IMG/VR virus record: IMGVR_UViG_3300022407_001199
Span: 1-59,520 of that record
Strand: one strand, 5' to 3'
Length of the DNA stretch: 59,520 nt
From: a virus
Taxonomy: Duplodnaviria > Caudoviricetes
Shown here: piece after piece, positions 26,756 through 36,100 of the stretch
How the letters are laid out: every line of letters begins with the position of its first letter
Position numbering within the stretch: the stretch's first letter is position 1
The notes under the pieces: generated by a model
Database searches by the model: none
What the model was told of the DNA's origin: nothing
Seen by the model: the letters and a program-made list of their open reading frames with translations, nothing else
Translations under genes and position numbers: made by a program

Positions 26756-28119
26756 TGCCGCTAATTGTCACATCTAACTACGAGCTAAATCGAACTGCGG
26801 CTCCGAGTCTACCAACCGCCCCCCTCTCCTACGAGACACGGTATCAGGAACAACTAAACAACATCCTGCGACTGTATTTCAACCGTCTTGATAACATTCT
26901 GGGGCAACTTGTGACAACTATTGACACCCTACCCGTATCTATTGGCGGCACAAACACAGACGCCTTTGGAAGAATCCGAGTTAGCCAGCCGTACACGCTG
27001 TTTGACAGCCAAAACAGATACACCGAAGACACGCAATACAACGCTGCGGTCACAGGTACGGGAGCTACAGCGTATCAGGTCAATGAGTCCGCTGTAAATC
27101 TCAATGTGACTGCTGGTGGAGTAGGCTCTGTAGTCAGGCAGACATATCGGAGTTTCCCGTACCAGCCCGGAAAAGGGCTGTTGGTATTGGCTACATTTTG
27201 TATGGATGGCAGCACCATCCCGACGCAGCGCGTTGGTTACTTTAATGCTGCTAACGGAGTGTTCTTTCAGCGTGCTGGTGGAACGAGTTCTTTTGTCTTG
27301 CGTTCTTCTGTTACGGGTTCTGTGAGCGATGCTAGAACAGTGCCGCAGTCCACATGGAACGGGGATAAATTAGATGGCACGGGGGCATCAGGGATAACCC
27401 TAGACCCCGCCAAGTCTCAGATTCTGTGGATGGACTTTGAGTGGTTGGGCGTAGGTTCGGTACGCTGCGGCTTCATCATTGACGGAACATACATCGTCTG
27501 CCACACGTTCACTAATGCCAACGAGATTACTACGACGTACATGACAACGGCAATTCTGCCTGTCAGATACGAAATTACTTCAACCTCGGCGGTTGCGGCT
27601 ACGCTTAAACAAGTGTGCTCTTCAGTTATGTCTGAGGGCGGGTATGACGCACAGTCTGCGGTTTACACAGCAATCAGGTCTACAAAACGCACTGGGTTTA
27701 GCACTACATTTGTGCCACTCATATCCATCCGTCTGGCATCTGGGCGATCTGGCGCAGTAGTATTGGTACAACTTGCACAGGCTCTTCCCACTGTGACGCA
27801 GACCTATGAGGTGGTGCTGCTCAAGAACGCCACGTTGACCGGGGCTTCATATGTAGCCTCCGTATCCTCTAATGTGGACTACGACCAAACGGCTACCGCC
27901 CTGACTGGCGGCATTGTCGTGGCGCATGATTATGTAACCTCCACCTCTCAAGGCAGAAGTGCGGCGCGAGTAGATGCGGGATACAACTGGGACTTGCAAC
28001 TCGGATCAACCATAGCAGGGGTTAGCGATGTTTATACGTTGGCTATCCGAACGCTTGATGCCTCCCCAACGGGCGATGCGTGGGGGTCGATTGCCTTCTA
28101 CGACTTGACCACCCAGTAA
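26755..28119 (+). CDS. Putative tail needle/knob protein
   Basis: N-terminal coiled coil (LNNILRLYFNRLD) followed by a beta-sandwich region. Confidence 0.55.
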   Translation: MPLIVTSNYELNRTAAPSLPTAPLSYETRYQEQLNNILRLYFNRLDNILGQLVTTIDTLPVSIGGTNTDAFGRIRVSQPYTLFDSQNRYTEDTQYNAAVTGTGATAYQVNESAVNLNVTAGGVGSVVRQTYRSFPYQPGKGLLVLATFCMDGSTIPTQRVGYFNAANGVFFQRAGGTSSFVLRSSVTGSVSDARTVPQSTWNGDKLDGTGASGITLDPAKSQILWMDFEWLGVGSVRCGFIIDGTYIVCHTFTNANEITTTYMTTAILPVRYEITSTSAVAATLKQVCSSVMSEGGYDAQSAVYTAIRSTKRTGFSTTFVPLISIRLASGRSGAVVLVQLAQALPTVTQTYEVVLLKNATLTGASYVASVSSNVDYDQTATALTGGIVVAHDYVTSTSQGRSAARVDAGYNWDLQLGSTIAGVSDVYTLAIRTLDASPTGDAWGSIAFYDLTTQ

Positions 28120-28148
28120 TTGCCTGTTAACCCCCTGCGTGATAACAT
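28120..28148 (+). promoter_or_regulatory. Candidate promoter for the ejection-protein operon
   Basis: TTGCCT-17 bp-TAACAT with TG extension, in a rare intergenic gap. Confidence 0.45.
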
Positions 28149-28175
28149 CAACCGCACTCTTTTTGTGAGGAAGCT

Positions 28176-29594
28176 ATGAGCCTTCAACTCGCTGCCAACC
28201 ATCTCGCCGCGCAAGGCCGAGGCCCAGATACAACGCTTGTTCACATGGGTCAGGGCGAGGTTGATGCCCTCCAAGGGCTTGCCCGTGCCGCTGGCGGTTC
28301 ACTGACTACCAATCCTCAAACGGGACTCCCGGAAGCGGGGTTCCTGTCCTCAATTCTCCCGATACTTGCTGGTGCAGCGGGCTCCTTCGTAGGTATCCCT
28401 CCTTGGGCAACTATGGCACTTGTGGGTGGGGTTACGGGAGCCGCTAGTGGTAGTTTGTCTAAGGGTTTGATGGCAGGACTTGGCGCTTATGGTGGTTCGA
28501 GTCTTGCTGGGGGACTTGGCGCAATGGGCGCGGGCGCGGGGGCGGCAACGACAACAGCGGGTGCAGCACTTCCAGCAGCAACGACGACAGCGACAACGGC
28601 AGCGGGCGCAGCACTCCCAGCGGTAACTCCAGCAGCAGAAATGGCGGCGGCTGGGGCAACATCATTCCCTGTATCAACTGGATCAGCGATCACTACAGAT
28701 TTAGCCTCCAATGCGGGTTCCGCATTAACAGGCAATGAAGGTGCATTTGCGTTAAAAGGAGCGACACCTCTTTCATATGATACTGGGGTGCAAAGCTTTG
28801 GTAGTTTAGGTAAGGGCGCAATGCCAATGGGGGCGGGATATGATACGGGAGTAGCAAAAGCTCTCTCCGCTACTGGCGCTACGCCAGCTTCCTTAGCTGC
28901 TACTCCCGCAGCCGCAACCCCTGCTGTTGCCGCAGCCGCTCCTGTTGATGCAGCCGCCGCTGCCCAAAAAGCAAACGAAGCTGCGTTCAAGGCTATGTCC
29001 CCAATGGATCGTATGTCCGCTATGGGGCGCGGGGCTACCCTTGAGAATGTCGGTAGCTGGGCTAGTGCTAATAAAGGGCAAGCCCTTGGACTGGCAGCAC
29101 CATTCATCGCTAATATGATGAAGCAGCCTAAGTACGATGAAGAGGAAGATTCCGATCCCGGTCAACAGTATACGTATCAATCAAACCCAACTGCACCTAC
29201 TCCTCAGCCCGATCCGTATGGCAGGGAGCAAACATACTTCAAACCAAGATATGTCAATGCCGCCGCTGGTGGTGCAATGCGCGGTCTACCCTCTGCGGAG
29301 TCAAGTCTCGGTAGTTACTCTGCTGGTGGTCGTGGGCGTTTGCTTCGTGGTCCCGGTGATGGTGTGTCTGACTCTATTCCTGCTGTAATTGGCAATAAGC
29401 AACCCGCTCGGCTTGCTGACGGTGAGTTTGTGATCCCTGCGCGTATCGTGTCGGAACTGGGTAATGGTTCTACCGAAGCTGGCGCAAAGCAACTCTACGC
29501 TATGATGGACCGCATCCAGAGGGCTCGGGGTAAGACCACGGGCAAGAAGCAAGTCGCTAAGAACACCAAGGCTTACAAACTAATGCCCGCATGA
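28176..29594 (+). CDS. Internal virion/ejection protein, 472 aa
   Basis: GAGGA SD; Ala/Gly-rich hydrophobic helices; GPGDGVSDSIPA...DGEFVIP module. Confidence 0.7.
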   Translation: MSLQLAANHLAAQGRGPDTTLVHMGQGEVDALQGLARAAGGSLTTNPQTGLPEAGFLSSILPILAGAAGSFVGIPPWATMALVGGVTGAASGSLSKGLMAGLGAYGGSSLAGGLGAMGAGAGAATTTAGAALPAATTTATTAAGAALPAVTPAAEMAAAGATSFPVSTGSAITTDLASNAGSALTGNEGAFALKGATPLSYDTGVQSFGSLGKGAMPMGAGYDTGVAKALSATGATPASLAATPAAATPAVAAAAPVDAAAAAQKANEAAFKAMSPMDRMSAMGRGATLENVGSWASANKGQALGLAAPFIANMMKQPKYDEEEDSDPGQQYTYQSNPTAPTPQPDPYGREQTYFKPRYVNAAAGGAMRGLPSAESSLGSYSAGGRGRLLRGPGDGVSDSIPAVIGNKQPARLADGEFVIPARIVSELGNGSTEAGAKQLYAMMDRIQRARGKTTGKKQVAKNTKAYKLMPA

Positions 29595-30016
29595 AAGACA
29601 TCACGCTTATCCTTAATGGGAACATCACGAATGCGGTAGCAATGGTTTTGCCGTACCTGAAGGTCTCTGAAGAGTGGAGTTCGGGGCGTTCGTCGGTTGA
29701 TGACATTGTCCGGTTCATCATCACAGGCCAGATGCAGCTTTGGGTTGTGTTTGATGAAGAAAAAGTCTATGGACATTTCATCACTGAGATAAAAGAGTAC
29801 CCACAGGCGAAGTTCCTCACCATTCAATACTGCGCTATGGAGCCGGGAACGATGGAGTCTGTTGAGGACAAGATGCAAGAGTACACAGAGCGTTTTGCAA
29901 AAGACGCTGGCTGCATTGGCATTGAGTTCATTGGACGCCCCGGATGGCGCAGAGTTGCAAACACTAGGGACTATGACCTTCAGTCAGTCATCTATCAGAA
30001 GATTTTTAAGGAATAA
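29591..30016 (+). CDS. GNAT-fold-like protein (T7 gp13-like position)
   Basis: QLWVV...FITEI...FAKDAGCIGIEFIGRPGW pattern. Confidence 0.55.
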   Translation: MKDITLILNGNITNAVAMVLPYLKVSEEWSSGRSSVDDIVRFIITGQMQLWVVFDEEKVYGHFITEIKEYPQAKFLTIQYCAMEPGTMESVEDKMQEYTERFAKDAGCIGIEFIGRPGWRRVANTRDYDLQSVIYQKIFKE

Positions 30017-30019
30017 ATC

Positions 30020-31072
30020 ATGAGCGGCGGCGGCGGTAAACAACCATCTAGTACTACACAGACCCAAGAACTCCCAGCATGGGCGCGTGGCTACGCGAAA
30101 GACGTTCTTGCTAAGGGTGCGGCGCTAACCGACATCAATCAGAACCCGTATGTTGCTTACGGGGGTGAGAGGCTGGCTGGCTTTGACCCGATGCAGCAGC
30201 AGTCTTTTGACGATGCTCAAAACATGGGTGTTGCGTCACAGATCGGTCAGGCTACGCAAATGGCTACTCAGGCTGGTCAGTACAACCCTGCGGATTTCCA
30301 GAATCAGTACAACAACCAGCTTCAGCAGTACACGGGGGCGAATGTCAATCAGTACATGAACCCGTACCTTGAAGGTGCGTTGGCTCCGCAACTGCGTGAA
30401 GCTGCTTCTGCTGGACTTCAAGCGCAGAACATGAATGCTGCCAAGGCTGTCGGGCAAGGTGCATTTGGCGGTACTCGCGGTGCGTTGCAGCAGTCCATGA
30501 CTGAGAAGAACACTTTTCAGAACATGGCGGATATCAACGCCAGAGGTTACGGCGATGCTTTCAATCAAGCCGCAGGGATGTTCAGCGCGGACCAACAGCG
30601 GCAGATGCAGGACGCTCAACTCCGAGCCCAGTACGGTCTTTCAGCAGATCAGGCGCGGGAGCAGTCTCGACAGTTTGGCGCAGGGCAGGGGCTAAACGCC
30701 GCTCAGTTGTTGTCTACGCTTGGTGGGCAGCAGTTCCAGCAAGGTATGGATATCAATAAGCTGCGTAATACCTACGGGGCGCAGCGGCAGTCGCAGCAGC
30801 AGCGGGCGGATGATATCGCACACCAAAACTTCATGGATCAACAGAACTACGCTTATAAGCAACTTGGCTTTATGAGCGACCTGATCAAGAATCCTGCGGT
30901 TGGCTCTACGACTCAGCGTCAGATGTATGAGGCTGCACCCAATCCAGCGAACATGGCACTGGGCCTTGGTACGGCTGCACTACCCCTCCTCAAAGCAAAG
31001 GGCGGAACTATCAAGTCCAAGAAGGCCACGGGCTTAGCTTCTGGGCTTCTGCGTAAAATTACTAAAGGGTAA
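30020..31072 (+). CDS. Ejection (DNA transfer) protein, 350 aa
   Basis: AAGGA SD; MSGGGG start; Q/A-rich helices; YMNPY and GAFGGTR motifs. Confidence 0.7.
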   Translation: MSGGGGKQPSSTTQTQELPAWARGYAKDVLAKGAALTDINQNPYVAYGGERLAGFDPMQQQSFDDAQNMGVASQIGQATQMATQAGQYNPADFQNQYNNQLQQYTGANVNQYMNPYLEGALAPQLREAASAGLQAQNMNAAKAVGQGAFGGTRGALQQSMTEKNTFQNMADINARGYGDAFNQAAGMFSADQQRQMQDAQLRAQYGLSADQAREQSRQFGAGQGLNAAQLLSTLGGQQFQQGMDINKLRNTYGAQRQSQQQRADDIAHQNFMDQQNYAYKQLGFMSDLIKNPAVGSTTQRQMYEAAPNPANMALGLGTAALPLLKAKGGTIKSKKATGLASGLLRKITKG

Positions 31073-31075
31073 GTT

Positions 31076-33130
31076 ATGATGATGAATAACCCTTTCACTC
31101 GTATGAGTGATCAGCAGATTGATCAATACCTTCATCTGCACCAAGGAGACCCCGGCTTCATCATCATGCTGTCTCAGGCTCAGGCAGCGAAGGCTATTCA
31201 TAGTCGCATGAATAACGCAGCGACGGCTGGGGCTCCGCAGCAAACTGTCAAAGATGCCCTTATGGCAGGGCTTCCGTCTGTACCTAACGGTCAACAGATG
31301 GCCGAAACCGGAATTGCTGCCCCTAACGCTATGGAAGAAAGCCCTGAGCCTGTCCGGGCTGCGGGTGGTGGGATCATTGCGTTTTCTGAAAGGGGAGCGG
31401 TTAAGGGTAACCCCAAAGAAGACTTCAAAGCATATAGAGAGTACGCACTTGCACAGGCGGATGCACGGGGCTTACCCCGTGAGATTGTTGACGCCATTTT
31501 TAAGCAAGAATCGGGCTATAACCCTAATGCTAAGAATCCTAATAGTTCAGCTACAGGGATTGGTCAACTTATCAAACCAACAGGCAGAAGCTTAGGTCTG
31601 AAAGACGATGAGTTCACTGACCCGTACAAGAACATTGATGCGTCGTTGACTTTCATGTCCACGCTACACAAGAAGTATGGCGGGGATCCAGAAAAGATAG
31701 CAATGGCGTATCACGATGGTGAGACCGTTGCAGATAAGCATCTTAAGGCTAATCAAGGATCTATAAATCGAGACCAACTTAAGCCAGAAGCACAAGACTA
31801 CTTAACGAAAACAGCCGATAGGCTTACTTCAAATAAACAAGCGGCTACTCCAGCAGCGGGGCTTGCAAATACACCAGCCGCAAAAAGAACTTTAGGCTAT
31901 AACCCGCCTACCAGAGAAGAAAGTGATCGTGAAGCGATTACTAATGTATTTTCTAGTTTAGGAAACTCGGCACTGGATCGCGCCAAAGACATTGGGGCTG
32001 CGGCGTATGATGTTGGGACATTGATTCCCCGCGCTGGAGCGGGCATAGCTGAGAGTGCTATTGTGCGGCCACTTAATGCATTTGGGGCAAATCTAAAGTA
32101 TCTTCCAAAAAATGCGTTCTACGACTCTGAATCTATGACTCCTATGACGGATGCTCTTAGAAGGTCGCGGGGTGAGACAGATGAGCCACAAGCTCCACAA
32201 AAACCAGTCATACCTAATTTCGGCGGACCTGACCATGCTCAAATGGCGGCGGCACTTTCGGGGCCGGGGCCAGCACCCATGCCTAACCCTGAATATGCAT
32301 TGACTTCGCGTCCTAGCCCAATGACGGCCCCGCAGAGAGAACAGGCTGAAGTTCCCGCTGCCGCTGAACTTAGCCAGATGGATCAACTGAACGAGATCAT
32401 GTCAGGGCTCCAGAGCGGTGACATCTTAGATGACAGTCGAAAATCTCTTGCTGAAATGAAAGCCAAGATCGCTGAACGGCAATCTAAATTCAGTCCAATG
32501 GATCAAGCCTTGATGACCACAGGTCTTGCTTTGGCTGGAAGCCGCTCGCCTTACCTTGGGGTTGGTATTGGTGAGGCGGGGCTTAAAGGTCTTGGCGCGT
32601 ATACAGGTGCAGTGTCTGGGCAGAACACCTCTGATCTTGAAATGATGAAGCTGCAAGATGTGCAGACCAAGTATGAGTCGGCACTCCGTAGGGGTGACAT
32701 GAGGTTGGCTGGTGAGTTGCTGAACCAGCGCAATCAGATGGCTCGCTACAAGATGCAAGATGAGATGGCGCGGCAACAGATGGAGTCAACTGAAAGATAC
32801 CGTAAAGCAGATCTTGCCACTAAGAACTCTTATTACGACTATTTGAAGGGTAAGGGTATTAACACCCTTCCGCCAGCTTCTTCATACAATGAGGTAATGA
32901 AGATGGTTGATGCCTTTCTTATGAAGGGTGGCCCTTATGGGCAGGGGGATCCACAATACCTCGAACTGCTAAAGACTAGCCCAGAGAGGGCAAAGATCTA
33001 TAAACAGAAAATTTATAACGAGTATTTAAGCAAGAATCCTCGGTTGTCGCAGGGATACGAGGGGGGATTAGCAAAAGATGTCCCCGAATCCGAAATAGCA
33101 GGGAGTTTCATGGGAGACGAGAATGGCTAA
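31076..33130 (+). CDS. Ejection protein with soluble lytic transglycosylase domain
   Basis: QESGYNPNA...ATGIGQL...AMAYHDG SLT motifs. Confidence 0.85.
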   Translation: MMMNNPFTRMSDQQIDQYLHLHQGDPGFIIMLSQAQAAKAIHSRMNNAATAGAPQQTVKDALMAGLPSVPNGQQMAETGIAAPNAMEESPEPVRAAGGGIIAFSERGAVKGNPKEDFKAYREYALAQADARGLPREIVDAIFKQESGYNPNAKNPNSSATGIGQLIKPTGRSLGLKDDEFTDPYKNIDASLTFMSTLHKKYGGDPEKIAMAYHDGETVADKHLKANQGSINRDQLKPEAQDYLTKTADRLTSNKQAATPAAGLANTPAAKRTLGYNPPTREESDREAITNVFSSLGNSALDRAKDIGAAAYDVGTLIPRAGAGIAESAIVRPLNAFGANLKYLPKNAFYDSESMTPMTDALRRSRGETDEPQAPQKPVIPNFGGPDHAQMAAALSGPGPAPMPNPEYALTSRPSPMTAPQREQAEVPAAAELSQMDQLNEIMSGLQSGDILDDSRKSLAEMKAKIAERQSKFSPMDQALMTTGLALAGSRSPYLGVGIGEAGLKGLGAYTGAVSGQNTSDLEMMKLQDVQTKYESALRRGDMRLAGELLNQRNQMARYKMQDEMARQQMESTERYRKADLATKNSYYDYLKGKGINTLPPASSYNEVMKMVDAFLMKGGPYGQGDPQYLELLKTSPERAKIYKQKIYNEYLSKNPRLSQGYEGGLAKDVPESEIAGSFMGDENG

Positions 33131-36100
33131 ATACTTTCCGCTTCCTAATGGGAAATACGTCAAGATTCCCGATAGTATGTCCTATGAGGACGCAGCGGAT
33201 CGTGCTCAGCGTGAATTCCCAGACCTGTATGGCCCTGCCACTGCTGCCCCCGGCGTAGAAGCACCGGAGTCTGGTTTTGTACCCTCGGCCCGCGCAAGTT
33301 TTGCCGAGATGCAAGGTTCAGGGGCATTGCTCGCTGGGCGCATGGGGTTGATGGATACCAAAGCTGCCGCTGACTACAACAAGCAGAAAAGGGAATTCCA
33401 AGAAAAGATCTTTAAGCCGACTGAAGATTGGGGTGTCACTAAAGTTGCTGAGACTTTCGGTGGTGCGGTCCCCTATTTGGCAGCGCCACTTGCTATTGCT
33501 GCTGGCCCTGAGTTGGGGCTGATTGGCGGGGGCACGGCTCTGGCTCTACAGGCTTTGGTTGCCTATGCGCCTAACGCTGCAAGCAATATCGCTAAACAAG
33601 TTGAGACTGGTACTCCGCTTGAAAAGACTAACCTCGGAGGCGCGCTCGCCACGGCGATACCACAGACAGCCCTAGATTTTGGTGCTGCAAGGATGCTCCC
33701 CGGTGTCCGGGGGCTGTTGGGTAGTAAGGGTATAAAGCTTACCGAAGAGGAAGCCAAGAAGGTTGCTGAGCAAGCTCTCAGAAAAACCGTTGTTGACTAC
33801 AGCGTTGCTACTGGTAAGGCAATGACTGAAGTTGGCATTGCTATGGCTGGTAAGGAAGCCCTCACCCGCTTGCAAGCGGGGTTGAACCTTACTGATGAAG
33901 AGGCTAGGAAAGATTACCTTGAAACCTTCTTGGGCGGCGCGGTCTTCGGGGGTGTGGTTGGTCCGTATGGACATATGAGGGAGAAACGCGCCGCGATCCA
34001 GAGCGCAAAGGCTGAAGGTGAAGCCCTTCGCGCTAAGCAAGCTGAAGCACTGACGACTGAAGGTAAGGAAGAAACTCCAGTCGTGGTTGGAGATAAAGCT
34101 GAAGCTACCCCTGAAGAACTCTCGGAATTGATGGACCCCTATGCGGAAATTGAATCAGCTACGGAAGTCGCTACGAGTGCAGCCGATGGAACTCTCCCTC
34201 CCCCAACTGGAGAAAGCGTTGGCGTGGCTAGCGAGTCCGTTGCAGGAACCGCCCCCGGAGGAGTTGAGGGAGTTGAGTCAACGGGAGTGGGAGCACCTGA
34301 GTCTGCTGTTGGCGGGGCTGGAGCAGGAGAGGGCAATCTACCCCCTCCACTGACTAACGAACTTACACAGACAGCTAAAAATCTACTGAAAGCCGTAGAT
34401 CGTGGCGGTATTCCAACCGAACTTACGGATGGATTGAAGAAGATCGCGGCAGACAACGGGGTTGAAGTAACTGATACCGATACGGCTGTTTCAGTTGTAG
34501 CGAAGATTCGCGCTAAGGCTGAGATTAAGCCAGAGGAGGCTAAGCCCGAAGTTAAGCCAGAGGAAGTTAAGCCCGAAGTTAAGCCAGAGGAAGTTAAGCC
34601 CGAAGCGGTATCAGAGGTAGCTAGGCTGGAAAAAGAGATCGCGGATCTTAAAGATAATCTTGATGATTTCTTTGGGAATGAAACCGCCGAACAGCTACGT
34701 GATATGCGTACCAATTTAGCGGCACTTGAGCAAAAGCTCGCTGTGCTTAAAGGAAAGCCAGAGGAAGTTAAACCCGCAGAGGGGGCCACTACTACTGAAG
34801 CTCCTGCTACCAAAACCCCATTCGCCCGCGATGCATTTGCGGCTCCTATCACTACGCCTAAGCAAGAGGCTCCCCAACCAGTAGAACCTAAACAAGCAAA
34901 ACTGCTCGGGGATATAGAGAGGCTTGGTAATCTCGACAAAGACGGGATGCAGCTTCTCGCTGTAAATGCCAATCTGTTGAACATCAAGAAAAAGAAGGGC
35001 GAGAGCAACGAAGTATTCCGAGATCGTGTAGTCACGGCTATGAAGCTGGAGGCTGAAATCGCTCGCCCACAAGTAGGTGGCGAAGGTAAGCCGCTATCCG
35101 CTGTTACCCCAGAAGTCATTGCTGAACAAGATCTTCAGAAAAAACCACTGCAAATTCCTAAAGAGCAGCAAGATCTTTATGAAGAGACTCGTCAGCATTA
35201 CAACGAGAACGTGGCAGAGTCAGAGCAGCAACATCTGCCAGAGTTCAGCAAACTTACGCCTCACCAAAAGGTTCTGTATTTCAGAGACCGTATCTCTGAG
35301 AACACACAGGCTGAGCATGACAAGGCCGCAGCCGCATTGTCAGAGCACGTAGAGACGGGTAGATCCGCATCTGAAGATGCAGTCCGCGCTGCTATCAGGG
35401 AGGCTACCGAAGCTGGTAAGAGTGAACCTGAGATTAAGGCAGCGGGTGAAGCGGCTAAGAAAGCAGCTTTGGCTGAGCATGAGGCCCGAGACAGTTACTC
35501 ACGTAACCGTGTGATGGAGAGTCGCGCCGAGAACCTTAGCTATTCATTCCCTAATTGGGGAGATTTGTCTCAGGCTAGTCGTGACCTCTATACAAAACAC
35601 AATACGAATGACTCTGCGCTGAGTCAACGTAAGGCGTTTGAAGAGGTGCGTAAGCAGCATGAGCTTGAGAAAGCTGAGAAGCTGAAAGCTGCTGAGAAAG
35701 AGCATAACGAAACTGAAGCTGACCGCCAAGCTGAGATTAAAGCAGCGGCGGAAAACAAGAAAGCAGAATCTGAGCGTCCCAAGGTTGAGGTAAGCGATGA
35801 TACGGCTAAGAAACTGGGGTGGGATACTGAGCAAAAAGAAAGCACTCCTGAAGGCCAAGCTGAAGTTGCTGCCCGAAATGCTGCATTCGATGCTGAGAAT
35901 AAAGCTCGGAATGAAAGGCTTAAGAAAGCTGAAGCTGGTGAGAAGTCTATCCCTGAAGGCATCACGGAACTGATCAAAAAGGGCGATATGCAAGGGGTCT
36001 TGAACTACCTCCGTAAAGCTTCGCCTAACTATCTGTACCGTGCTATTGCTGAGCAGCTTCATAAGACTGGCATCAACAGCAAGATCGAACTTGTTGAGAG

